From NCBI RefSeq assembly GCF_036569425.1, contig NZ_DATCQQ010000019.1, positions 378 through 64,377 on the forward strand: a DNA stretch of 64,000 nt, read 5' to 3'. This stretch comes from Lacisediminihabitans sp. GTDB lineage: Bacteria > Actinomycetota > Actinomycetes > Actinomycetales > Microbacteriaceae. The translations under genes were made by a program, and so were the position numbers. How positions within the stretch are numbered: position 1 is the stretch's first letter; the number at the start of each line of letters is the position of its first letter. The notes beneath the pieces are model-generated. The model was not told the DNA's origin. It did not search any database and was given only the letters and a program-made list of their open reading frames with translations. Positions 46,239 through 54,674 of this stretch are shown piece by piece.

Positions 46239-46539
46239 TCAGCCGATCTGTTCGGCCAGAGCGACGATGACGCCCGCGGGGCCTACATCCTCTGCGTCAG
46301 CCCGGGGTGAGGACGCAGAACTCGTTGCCTTCCGTGTCGGTGAGGACCCTCCATGACACATCGCCCTGGCCGATGTCGGCGTCGGTGGCGCCCAGAGCCC
46401 GCAACCGGGCTGCCTCTGCCGCCTGGTCGTCACCGGGGTATGGCCTCAGGTCGAGATGGACACGGGTCCGCACGGTCTTCAGGTCGGGAGTGCGAAGGAA
46501 CTCCAGGTACGGCCCGACAGCCTGGGCCGAGCGCAGTGC
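46239..46539 (-). pseudogene. VOC/glyoxalase relic(s) without a start codon
   Basis: 46297-46539 reads GPYLEFLRTPDLKTVRTRVHLDLRP...DTEGNEFCVLTPG*. 46239-46290 reads GPAGVIVALAEQIG*, resembling the end of a second VOC family. Confidence 0.7.
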
Positions 46540-46540
46540 T

Positions 46541-47296
46541 CTAGTCCGCGGCGAGGTTCTCGTCGAGGATCGCGAGCACGCTGGTCCACGCGTCGGCCGC
46601 GGCCTCTTCGCGGTACGCGAGCGGGTTGGTGTCGTTGAAGAAGGCGTGCCCGGCCCCCTCGTAGACCGTGGAGGAGAAGTCGACGCCCGCCGACTGCATC
46701 GCCGAGGTCACCTCGGGCAGCGACTCCATCAGGGACGGGTCGTTCTCCCCGTAGAAGGCCCGCACCGTGCCCGTGATCCTCGGCACAACCGAGAGGTCGG
46801 GCGGCGAACCGTAGAACGGCACCGCCACGCGGATGCGGGCGTCGGCGGCCGCGAGGGCGAAGCTGTAGCTGCCGCCGAAACAGAAGCCCATGACTCCGAT
46901 GCGACCGTTGATCCCCGGCTGTTCGGCGAGAAAGTCGACGCAGTCGATGAGGGCGGCGATCGCCCACTCGGCATATTCCGGTGCGCGCAGCGGGGCGAAG
47001 GCGTCGCGAAGCCGCGGCTGGCCCTCGGTGCGCACCCGCTCATCCGGACTCGTCATGATGGAATTGAGCTCGAGCCCGATCTGCGGACGGACGCCGACCC
47101 GGCTGAGGATGTCGGGGGCGATCACGAGGTAGCCCTCCGCGGCGAGGCGGTCCGCGATCCCGGTGATGTGGCCGACGAGGCCCCAGATCTCGTGGATCAG
47201 CACAATCGCGCCCGTCGGCCTTCCGCCCGGGGCGAGGGTGGGGCGGGCGAGATAGGCCTCGAACGCTCCGCCGTCGAGCGAGATCGTTTCGGTCAT
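46541..47296 (-). CDS. Dienelactone hydrolase family protein
   Basis: IHEIWGL, GFCFGG nucleophile elbow, GENDP, YEGAGHAFFND. Confidence 0.93.
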   Translation of the reverse strand: MTETISLDGGAFEAYLARPTLAPGGRPTGAIVLIHEIWGLVGHITGIADRLAAEGYLVIAPDILSRVGVRPQIGLELNSIMTSPDERVRTEGQPRLRDAFAPLRAPEYAEWAIAALIDCVDFLAEQPGINGRIGVMGFCFGGSYSFALAAADARIRVAVPFYGSPPDLSVVPRITGTVRAFYGENDPSLMESLPEVTSAMQSAGVDFSSTVYEGAGHAFFNDTNPLAYREEAAADAWTSVLAILDENLAAD

Positions 47297-47343
47297 CGTC
47301 CGAGTCTGTCACGACCCCGCCTGGCCTGGGATACGGTGGGCCG

Positions 47344-48141
47344 ATGAACGGGAAGCCCACCGCGCGCCGTCCGATAGCACTCATCACCGGCGCCACGGCC
47401 GGTATCGGCGCCGAATTCGCGCGGCAGCTCGCCGCCGACGGCCATGACCTCGTGCTCGTCGCCCGGAACGAGGCGCGGCTCGATCAGAGGGCCGCCGAGC
47501 TGAGGCTCGAGTTCGGCGTGCGCGTGGAGGTGCTGGTCGCCGACCTCGGGCAGGCGGACGCCCTGGCGAGGGTCGAGGCGCGGGCGGCGGTCGCCGAACC
47601 GGCCGACGATTCGGCCGGGCCCATCACGCTGCTGGTCAACAATGCCGGGTTCGGCCTGCGCAGGCCTTTCGACGAGAGCGACGTCGACGACGAGCAGCGT
47701 CTGCTCGACGTGCTCGTCACGGCGCCGATGCGGCTGAGCCACGCGGCGCTCGCCCAGATGCTGCCGCACGGCGCCGGCACCATCGTCAACATCGCGAGCG
47801 TGGCCGGCTACGCCCCGCGGGGCAGCTACGGCGCCGCCAAGGCATGGCTGCTGAGCTTCAGCCGCTGGGCGAACATCGCCTACCGTTCGCGCGGCGTCTC
47901 GGTGACCGCGGTCGCCCCCGGCCTGGTGCACACCGAGTTCCACGAGCGAATGAGGGTGAGCGGCGCGTCCGTGCCGCGGTTCCTCTGGCTTGACGCCGAA
48001 CAGGTCGTGCGGCTGGCCCTCGCCGATGTTCGTCGCGGGAGGGCCGTGTCGATCCCCACCCTGCGGTACAAGCTGGTCGTGGCTCTCGCACGCCTCCTGC
48101 CGAAGCGACTCGCCGCCAAGGGGGAACTGCGGGAGCTGTAG
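47344..48141 (+). CDS. Short-chain dehydrogenase/reductase
   Basis: ITGATAGIG, LVNNAGFG, NIAS, YGAAK. Confidence 0.93.
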   Translation: MNGKPTARRPIALITGATAGIGAEFARQLAADGHDLVLVARNEARLDQRAAELRLEFGVRVEVLVADLGQADALARVEARAAVAEPADDSAGPITLLVNNAGFGLRRPFDESDVDDEQRLLDVLVTAPMRLSHAALAQMLPHGAGTIVNIASVAGYAPRGSYGAAKAWLLSFSRWANIAYRSRGVSVTAVAPGLVHTEFHERMRVSGASVPRFLWLDAEQVVRLALADVRRGRAVSIPTLRYKLVVALARLLPKRLAAKGELREL

Positions 48142-48156
48142 GGTCGGATCCGCCTC

Positions 48157-49056
48157 TCAGAGCGGGAAGTCCGCCGGGAACGCGAGATGCACGCCGAACG
48201 CGGAGAGGCCGCCGAAACGCACGAACAGCAGTCCGTAGCTGAGCGCGATCCCGACCACGACCCAGGACAGCCGTCGACGCCGTGCCCTGACGACCGCCCG
48301 ACGCAGCGTCTCGAACTCGCCGAGCAGCGACGGCAACGCCGTCGGCGGCTCGACGCCGAGCGGCCAGGTGGCCGGGTCGGCCGCCGCGGCGGCGAAGAGT
48401 CGCACCGACGATGGCGCGAGCAGGCGCGGAAGGTCGCGCAGCCAGCGCGAGAAGTCGCTCGAGTGGATGGCCTCCGCCGCCCGAGGGTGGGCGCGAATCT
48501 CGAGGTCGGCCGGTTCGACCACGACGATGGCCGGCGTCACCGGCGCCGGGGTGCCGGCCGACGCGCCGACCAGTTCGGCGACGAGCCGGGCATCCGCCTC
48601 GGCGTCCGGGATGGTCGAGCGCAGCTGGTCTTCGACGAGGAAGGTCCGCTCCCCCACCCACACGCGTTGGCCGACCGGATAGGCCATGCTGACCGCGATG
48701 AGGCCGGGTGGTCCAACGAGGAGGTACTCGAGCCGCGGCCGCTCCCGCGAGATCGGCACCGAACTCACCACCAGCCAGTCGTCACCGAGACCGGCGAGCG
48801 CCTCCGCGATGCGCAGTTCGGCGATGGCGGCCCGATACCAGCGCGCCGACGCCCTCGCCACCGGGTCGACGCCGAAGAACCGGGCGAACGCGGAACGCGG
48901 AGTCGCCTCGGACTGCCGCCGGACCACCTCACGCACCGCCGCGAACACCGGGACTCCCGAGTCGACCGAACCCGTGTCCGCGCCTTGCGGCGGGCCAACG
49001 GGCGAGTCCTCGACGATGATGATTCCGTCCCCCAACGGTTGTGCGTGTTCCTCCAC
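48157..49056 (-). CDS. NERD-like protein with C-terminal TM, paralog 3 (degenerate)
   Basis: WYRAAIAELRIAEALAGLGDDWLVVSSVP...LEYLLVGPPGLIAV. Start uncertain (the ORF extends to 49179). Confidence 0.72.
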   Translation of the reverse strand: MEEHAQPLGDGIIIVEDSPVGPPQGADTGSVDSGVPVFAAVREVVRRQSEATPRSAFARFFGVDPVARASARWYRAAIAELRIAEALAGLGDDWLVVSSVPISRERPRLEYLLVGPPGLIAVSMAYPVGQRVWVGERTFLVEDQLRSTIPDAEADARLVAELVGASAGTPAPVTPAIVVVEPADLEIRAHPRAAEAIHSSDFSRWLRDLPRLLAPSSVRLFAAAAADPATWPLGVEPPTALPSLLGEFETLRRAVVRARRRRLSWVVVGIALSYGLLFVRFGGLSAFGVHLAFPADFPL

Positions 49057-49224
49057 GGTAGCGACAGCCCGGCGTTCGCGAACTCCCCAGAACGGGGTGG
49101 CGACACGCGCGGGATAGCGCGGGCGGGCGGAAAACACTTGCAATCCCGGCGCCCGAGGGGCAGGGTGGAACCAGATCAACTCGTCGCCCGGAAGAGCCGC
49201 ACAGTGTGCCGCACCGGGCGATGA

Positions 49225-49288
49225 GTCTGTGGGGGCAGCGTCTGTGCGGGGGCAGCGTCTGTGTGGGGCCGAGTCTGTGTGGGGCAGT
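49225..49288. repeat. Four imperfect 15-17-bp tandem units
   Basis: GTCTGTG(n)GGGGCAGC at 49225, 49240, 49257 and 49273. Confidence 0.8.
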
Positions 49289-49303
49289 GGGATAGCGCCG
49301 GTC

Positions 49304-49537
49304 TCAGTTCCTCCGGAGCGTGAGGGCCAGCCTCGGGCAGAGCGCGACGGCGTCCTTGGCCGCCTCGAGCTGGGACGCGGCGAGTGGGACGTCGCCGCCC
49401 GAGCCGTCGCGGGCGAGAGGGTAGCCCCATTCGTCCCGCGCCAGGCGCTCCGGCAGCAGTTCGGTGCACAACCCCCGACCGTCGCACAGCGTCCAGTCGA
49501 TGTGCAGGGTGGCCGCCGGGCCGCGCTCCCGGCTCAT
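49304..49537 (-). CDS. Ferredoxin, [3Fe-4S]-type
   Basis: IDWTLCDGRGLC...CP (three Cys); ATGA overlap with the upstream gene. Confidence 0.88.
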   Translation of the reverse strand: MSRERGPAATLHIDWTLCDGRGLCTELLPERLARDEWGYPLARDGSGGDVPLAASQLEAAKDAVALCPRLALTLRRN

Positions 49538-50787
49538 GCCGCCACCCCGGCGCGCGCCCGCCTGTCGGCGAGGCATCCGCCGGCCAGGTGCGCCTTGACC
49601 TCCCCAGAGAAGACCGTGAGGGCGCTCAGCACGATTCGGGTGGTGCCGTCCGGATGGTGGCAGCTCCCCCGGCCGCTCACGAGCGCGGCCAGCCGACGGA
49701 TCTCGGCGGGGAGCCCGGTATCGCGGCTTCCGCCGGCGAGCTTCTCGAGCACCTCGGCCATCCTCGGCAACCCGTTCGCGCACGGGCCACACTGCCGAGC
49801 CGACTGCGCGGCGAGATAGCCGGCGATGGCCGCCGATACCCTGAGGCCGCAGGATCCCGAGTCGAGCAGAACGAGGATTCCCGCTCCGGGCGTCGCGCCG
49901 AACGGGGCGAGGTCGTGCCGGGCGAGCGGCGTGTCCAGGCGCTCGGCCGGCAGCCACGCGCCGTGGTAGCCGCCGACGAGCACCGCGGCGAGATTGTCTG
50001 TGCTTCCGCCGGCCGCCCGCACGAGGCCCGCGATCGTCATGCCGCCCGCAACCTCGCGCACGGTCGGCGCGAGGGCGCTTCCGCTCACCGTGACGAGCCT
50101 CGTGCCCGGTTCGTCTTCTGTGCCGAGCCGTCGGAACCATTCCGCCCCGAAACGCGCGATGAGCGCCACCTGCGCGAGAGTCTCCACGTTGTTGAGCAGG
50201 GTGGGCCGGCCGCCGAGTCCCGAGCTGCTCAAACGGTGCGTCTTGTCCCGGGGCAGCGCCGGTCCACCCTCCAGGGAGCGGATCACGGCCGACGCCTCAC
50301 CGGAGAGGAACGCCTCAGGCACCTCGCGGAGCCGGATGGCCGCGGCATCGGTCCGCTCCGCGATGGCCCGCGCGACGTACGGCAGGCTGGCCGCCGTCGT
50401 CACAAGGTAGAGCTCCCGCGCCCCGATGGTGCGACCGGCGAGAAGAAGGCCGTCGATCACCAGGTGTGGGGCGGCTCGAAGAAGGGTGGCATCCTTGGCG
50501 CTCCTCGGCTCGCCCTCCGCCCCGTTCGCGACGACCACCGCCGCACCGGCACGCGACCGCGGGTCCTGGCCGCTTCCGGCCGCAGCGAACTTGCGCCAGG
50601 CCGGGAACGCCGCGCCTCCCCGGCCCTGGAGCCCAGACGTCTGGAGTTCGTCGATGAGGTGCGACGCCGGTCGCCCGTTCGGCACGGGACCGAAGGTGGC
50701 GAGGTGGCTCGCCAGGTCGGGAGCCGGCGCGGCAAAGAGCCTCCCTGCCCCCTGTGGCGGTCGTACTTCGCCCACTGTTCCGGTCAT
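49534..50787 (-). CDS. NuoF/HoxF-like flavoprotein (51-kDa FMN/NADH-binding subunit homolog)
   Basis: SGLQGRGGAAFP, NGAEGEP..AKD, FLSGEASA, NNVETLA, QCGPCANG...GSCHHPDG. Confidence 0.88.
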   Translation of the reverse strand: MTGTVGEVRPPQGAGRLFAAPAPDLASHLATFGPVPNGRPASHLIDELQTSGLQGRGGAAFPAWRKFAAAGSGQDPRSRAGAAVVVANGAEGEPRSAKDATLLRAAPHLVIDGLLLAGRTIGARELYLVTTAASLPYVARAIAERTDAAAIRLREVPEAFLSGEASAVIRSLEGGPALPRDKTHRLSSSGLGGRPTLLNNVETLAQVALIARFGAEWFRRLGTEDEPGTRLVTVSGSALAPTVREVAGGMTIAGLVRAAGGSTDNLAAVLVGGYHGAWLPAERLDTPLARHDLAPFGATPGAGILVLLDSGSCGLRVSAAIAGYLAAQSARQCGPCANGLPRMAEVLEKLAGGSRDTGLPAEIRRLAALVSGRGSCHHPDGTTRIVLSALTVFSGEVKAHLAGGCLADRRARAGVAA

Positions 50788-51341
50788 CGTGCCTCTCCCT
50801 TCCGCGTGTTCCCGAATTCGATGAAGTTCGCCGAGACCCGCCAGGCGACCGCGACCGCCACGAGCACGACGCTCGCGAGCGCGAGGGCGAGAAACCAGAC
50901 GGACGTTCCGTCCGTGCCGTTGCCGATCGAGTGCGCGAGGGCAACGGGCCACAGCGCGTAGGTGAACCAGTGCACAACGCGGAAGACGCGTCGGCCGATC
51001 CAGCGCCTCAGCAGGCTCGTGACGATGATGGCGAGCAGCAGGTCCAGCGCAACGGTGCCGAGACCGAGCCAGAACGGCTTGGCGGCGCCCAGAAACGGTA
51101 CGAAGAAATCCACCACTCTGAGCTGGGCGTACGAGTCGAAGAAGAGGGAGACGATGTGGATCAGGAGAAAGACGCTCGCCAGCAGCGAGGCGTTGCGGTG
51201 CACGAGGGTCACCGAGAATCGCGGCAACCCGAGGAGCGGGTGCCCGGAGCGGGTCACGATTCCGAGCACGACCGACACCGTCAAGAGCAGCAGCGCGACG
51301 ACGCCGGTCCCGCGACCGAGCGCCCAGAGTGCCTCGTTCAC
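50784..51341 (-). CDS. Ferric-reductase-like transmembrane (di-heme b) protein lacking cytosolic FAD/NAD domains
   Basis: Five TM segments; four His in VHRN, IHIV, VHWF and AHSI; GTGA overlap. Confidence 0.85.
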   Translation of the reverse strand: MNEALWALGRGTGVVALLLLTVSVVLGIVTRSGHPLLGLPRFSVTLVHRNASLLASVFLLIHIVSLFFDSYAQLRVVDFFVPFLGAAKPFWLGLGTVALDLLLAIIVTSLLRRWIGRRVFRVVHWFTYALWPVALAHSIGNGTDGTSVWFLALALASVVLVAVAVAWRVSANFIEFGNTRKGEAR

Positions 51342-52267
51342 GGCGCGACCCCCTCGGTGCCCGGCTCCTCGGCCGGCCACCCGCCGAGCGTGACGACGCG
51401 CGCCTCGCGGTCCACGAGACGGGCGGGCAGGCCGCGGTCCCGCACCAGATCGAGCGCGCGGTGTCCGCGGACGATGCACGCCGTGCTCACCGTGTTGGCC
51501 TCGACGCAGCTGCGCGCCGAGACGGTGGCGCTCCGCCAGACCGGCTCTGCAGGTCGTCCGAGCCGCGGATCGAGGATGTGGTGCATCCGTTCGCCTGAGC
51601 GGGTCCACTGGCGCTTCTGCGTGCTCGACGTCGCCAGGGCGAATCCCGCAGCGAGCGTGACGGTGGCGCGGGGGTCAGCCGGCAGGTCCTGCACGAGCAC
51701 GACCCAGCCGCCGTCCGGGGACGGTCCGGCGGTCGCGATGTCGCCGCCGAGGCTCACGAGCACCCCGGTGGGCAGCTCTGCGGCGATGCGGGCGGCCGCG
51801 AGATCGGCGGCGAACGCCTTCGCCGTCGCGCCGAGGTCGAGGGCGAGGTCCGGCGGCACCGTCAGACGGCGTCCGTCGAGCACGACCCTGCGCCAGCCAG
51901 GCACTATCGCCACTCGAGTGACGGTGGTGCCGAACGCGCGGTCGGTGACGAGGGCGATGTCGCGGTCGTAGCCGAGCGAGGCGAGCTCGTTGCCGAGCGT
52001 CGGGTCGACGTCGCCGTCGGTGAGCTCGGCGGCGCGAAGGGCCTCGCGCACGAGCGCCGCGAGCATCCCGCTCACCTCGACGCCGTTCGGCAACTCCGGG
52101 GAAAGCCGGGCGAGCTCCGAGTCGGGGCGAAAGCGGCTGCACGCCGCGTCGACCTGGTCGAGCACCAGCCTCGTGATCTCCACCGCGCGCTCGAGCTGGT
52201 GCACCTCCGTGACGACCACGCGGGCCGTCGTGCTCCATACCGGCCAGTCGGCCGCATCGCCCGGCAC
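51338..52267 (-). CDS. apbE: ApbE family FAD:protein FMN transferase, no signal peptide
   Basis: SRFRPDSEL, T.GDVDPTLG, DLGATAKAFAAD, SLGGDI, ATSS, HHILDPRLG, ANTVSTA. Confidence 0.9.
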   Translation of the reverse strand: MPGDAADWPVWSTTARVVVTEVHQLERAVEITRLVLDQVDAACSRFRPDSELARLSPELPNGVEVSGMLAALVREALRAAELTDGDVDPTLGNELASLGYDRDIALVTDRAFGTTVTRVAIVPGWRRVVLDGRRLTVPPDLALDLGATAKAFAADLAAARIAAELPTGVLVSLGGDIATAGPSPDGGWVVLVQDLPADPRATVTLAAGFALATSSTQKRQWTRSGERMHHILDPRLGRPAEPVWRSATVSARSCVEANTVSTACIVRGHRALDLVRDRGLPARLVDREARVVTLGGWPAEEPGTEGVAP

Positions 52268-52268
52268 G

Positions 52269-52508
52269 TCAGGAGCCGGTCGTCTGGGCCTGGCTGCTGC
52301 CTGCCGAGCTCGAGCCGACCGCCGAACTCGAGGTCGAGCCGCTCGACGTCGTGCCGCTCGAAGTCGTGCTGCCCGCGGTCGAAGCGGTCGTCGCCGTTCC
52401 CGCGGACCAGACGACTCCGCCGACCGCCGCCGTGCCGATCACGCCGGCGACGGTCAGCGCCGCGGTGAGCGCCCGCGTGCGACGCTTGCCCAGTTCTCGT
52501 ACGTTCAT
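52269..52508 (-). CDS. 79-aa exported or membrane-anchored Ser/Thr/Gly-rich micro-protein
   Basis: AGGAG RBS; basic N-terminus (KRR), hydrophobic helix, S/T/G tail ending AQTTGS; stop 1 nt before the apbE start. Confidence 0.8.
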   Translation of the reverse strand: MNVRELGKRRTRALTAALTVAGVIGTAAVGGVVWSAGTATTASTAGSTTSSGTTSSGSTSSSAVGSSSAGSSQAQTTGS

Positions 52509-52565
52509 GACTCCCGCTCCTTCTCCATCACGTTTCTCGCGATAAGGAGAGTGTCGAGCCGGCGC

Positions 52566-52583
52566 CTAAGCGCTTCCTATGAG
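52566..52583 (-). promoter_or_regulatory. 11-bp-period direct repeat upstream of the apbE operon
   Basis: Minus strand reads CTCATAG-gaag-CGCTTAG; the spacing is typical of OmpR/PhoB-family boxes. Confidence 0.35.
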
Positions 52584-52615
52584 CGCCCTGTGGGCCGACT
52601 CAGAGCATGAGGGTC

Positions 52616-53266
52616 TCAGAGCATGAGATTCGCGGCGAGGAACTCGTTCACGTCGTCGAGCTCTTCGCGCGAGATGGAGTGCCCGATGCCCGAATAGACC
52701 CGGGTCGTGAGAGTCGAGTGGGCCGGAAGCCAGGCGGCGGTGCGCTCGACCGCCGACTGAGGGATGACCGGGTCTGCGGCATCCCGCCCCCAGAAAACGG
52801 GCGGTCGCAGCGCCTGGAGCCGCTCGTCGGCCGGGGCCTCGCCCTGGACGACGAAACCGGCGAGGTTCACGGAGGCGGCGAACCGCTCGGGGGCGTGCCG
52901 CGCCAGGTGCAAGGCCATGGCCCCGCCCTGCGAGAAGCCGAGCACGCCGACCGGGCCGGTCGCGAGCACGGTGTCGAGCCATTCGAGCAACGCGGAGACC
53001 GCAGCGTCCGCCGCGACCAGGCTCGGGAGGCCGGGTTCACCGACCGGGAACCAGGTGAACCCGTCGCCGAGGGCGAGGGGAGCGCGAACCGAGGCGATCA
53101 CCGCGCGAGGCGGAAGGAGCGGCGCGAGGGCGAACAGGTCGTTCTCGTGCGACCCTCGGCCGTGGAGGAGCACCAGCAGCGGCCGGGACGCAAGCGCCTC
53201 CGCTCGTTCCGCCTCGGCGACCGACCAGACGACGGCGGACGGGTCGATGGCGAGACTGGACGACAT
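52616..53266 (-). CDS. Phospholipase/carboxylesterase (alpha/beta hydrolase)
   Basis: LLHGRGS, GFSQGG, DPVIP, GHSI triad. Confidence 0.92.
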   Translation of the reverse strand: MSSSLAIDPSAVVWSVAEAERAEALASRPLLVLLHGRGSHENDLFALAPLLPPRAVIASVRAPLALGDGFTWFPVGEPGLPSLVAADAAVSALLEWLDTVLATGPVGVLGFSQGGAMALHLARHAPERFAASVNLAGFVVQGEAPADERLQALRPPVFWGRDAADPVIPQSAVERTAAWLPAHSTLTTRVYSGIGHSISREELDDVNEFLAANLML

Positions 53267-53474
53267 GACTACAGCCTAGGCGGAGCCTTCGGGCGATCCG
53301 CGTGCCCCTCGGGCAAACCGATTCGGCCGGGGCCCCGAACCATCAGTGGCCACGGGGATGCGTCGGCGGCCGCCGGGGGTGGCGAACAGCCGCCGACGCA
53401 GGCCGAATCCCGCATGGCTGGGGCGTCGTCGGGGCGGCTGCTGTGGTTACCAGCCCTCCCGGCGGCGCATGGGG

Positions 53475-54620
53475 CTAGTCGATCTCCGGCCCGAGAATCG
53501 CATTCGCGACGGTTGAGTGCACGGAGTCGTCGTTGCTGGGGTGGAAGCCGCCGGCGAGCACGTCGCGGTACAGCCGCCCCAGCTCGCTCGACGTCGAGAA
53601 TGCGGCGCCGCCGGCGACGGAGACGGCCTGGTCCACGACGTAGCGGGCGTTGCGGGTGGCCCGCCACTTGAGCCCGACGAGCGCACGGAACCACTGGTCG
53701 CCGCGGTCGACGAGCGCGTCGATGTCCTCCGCCAGGGACTCCAGTTGCGGCCAGAGCGCGTCCTGCGCGAGCGCGGCATCCGCGATCTTCCACCGGGTGG
53801 CCGGGTCACGGTCCTTCGTCGTTCCGCTGCGGGCGGAGACGCGCGACCGGGCGGCGGAGACGGCGAGTTCGAGGGCACGCTCGCCGATGCCGAGGTACAC
53901 GGCGGAGACGAGGATCTCGAAGTTGGCGAAGATGGCGAAGATGAGCGGATCCGCATTCGGGCCGGGAGGAAGCCGTCGCACGATGCGGTCGGCGGCCGCG
54001 ACGACCCCGTCGAGCCTGGTGCTGTTGCTCTGGCTCGCCCGCATGCCGATGGTGTCCCAGTCGTCGAGGATCGTGATGCCCGCCGCATCGCGGGTCACGA
54101 AGGCATGCACGAGCTTCGGCGCGTCAGCCGAGACGGTGTCGAGACCGAAGAGCCCCAGCCTCGTCCAGGCCGGCGAGAGGCTCGTGAAGATCTTGGTGCC
54201 GGTGAAGGCGTAGCCTCCGCCCGGAAGCGGCCGGGCATCCGTCGTGCTCCCGAAGAGCACGAGGTCGTTGCCCGCCTCGCTGATCGCGAACGCGAACAGC
54301 TCGCCCGCCGCTGCCTCGGTGAGCACGAACTCGAGCGAGTCGTCCCCCCGATCGCGCAGCATCGTCGCGATGCCCGTCCAGACCAGGTGCATGTTCACGG
54401 CGAGCGCCGTCGCGGGCGCGGCCTTCGCGAGCCTCGCCTGCTCGTGGGCGAGTTCGACGAGCGTGAGGCCCGCGCCGCCGAGCTCCACCGGCACGAGGGC
54501 GGCGAGGTAGCCGGCGGCCCTGAGCTCGTCGAGGTCTTCGGAGAAGAACCGGTTGTCGCGGTCGTAGCCGGCCGCCCGGTCGTGGATGCGGGCGAGCAGG
54601 GCATCGTCGAGAATCGTCAC
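53475..54620 (-). CDS. Acyl-CoA dehydrogenase-fold flavoprotein (monooxygenase-like)
   Basis: YDRDNRFF, ALAVNMH, FAISE, GTKIFTSLSP, WDTIGMRASQSNST, RLYRDVLAGGFHP. Confidence 0.88.
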   Translation of the reverse strand: MTILDDALLARIHDRAAGYDRDNRFFSEDLDELRAAGYLAALVPVELGGAGLTLVELAHEQARLAKAAPATALAVNMHLVWTGIATMLRDRGDDSLEFVLTEAAAGELFAFAISEAGNDLVLFGSTTDARPLPGGGYAFTGTKIFTSLSPAWTRLGLFGLDTVSADAPKLVHAFVTRDAAGITILDDWDTIGMRASQSNSTRLDGVVAAADRIVRRLPPGPNADPLIFAIFANFEILVSAVYLGIGERALELAVSAARSRVSARSGTTKDRDPATRWKIADAALAQDALWPQLESLAEDIDALVDRGDQWFRALVGLKWRATRNARYVVDQAVSVAGGAAFSTSSELGRLYRDVLAGGFHPSNDDSVHSTVANAILGPEID

Positions 54621-54674
54621 CGCTCAAGCATGGCACCGCCCGCTCGTCGTCGCGCCGGCCGGGAGCGCGCAAGA

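Noticed and set aside
23408-49288. Short periodic repeats as CRISPR arrays
   Set aside because: Units are 9-17 bp with no 25-45-bp unique spacers, and there are no cas genes.
53267-53474. GC-rich intergenic stem (CAGCCGCC...GGCGGCTG)
   Set aside because: Imperfect pairing in very high GC sequence, with no other copy or recognisable motif.
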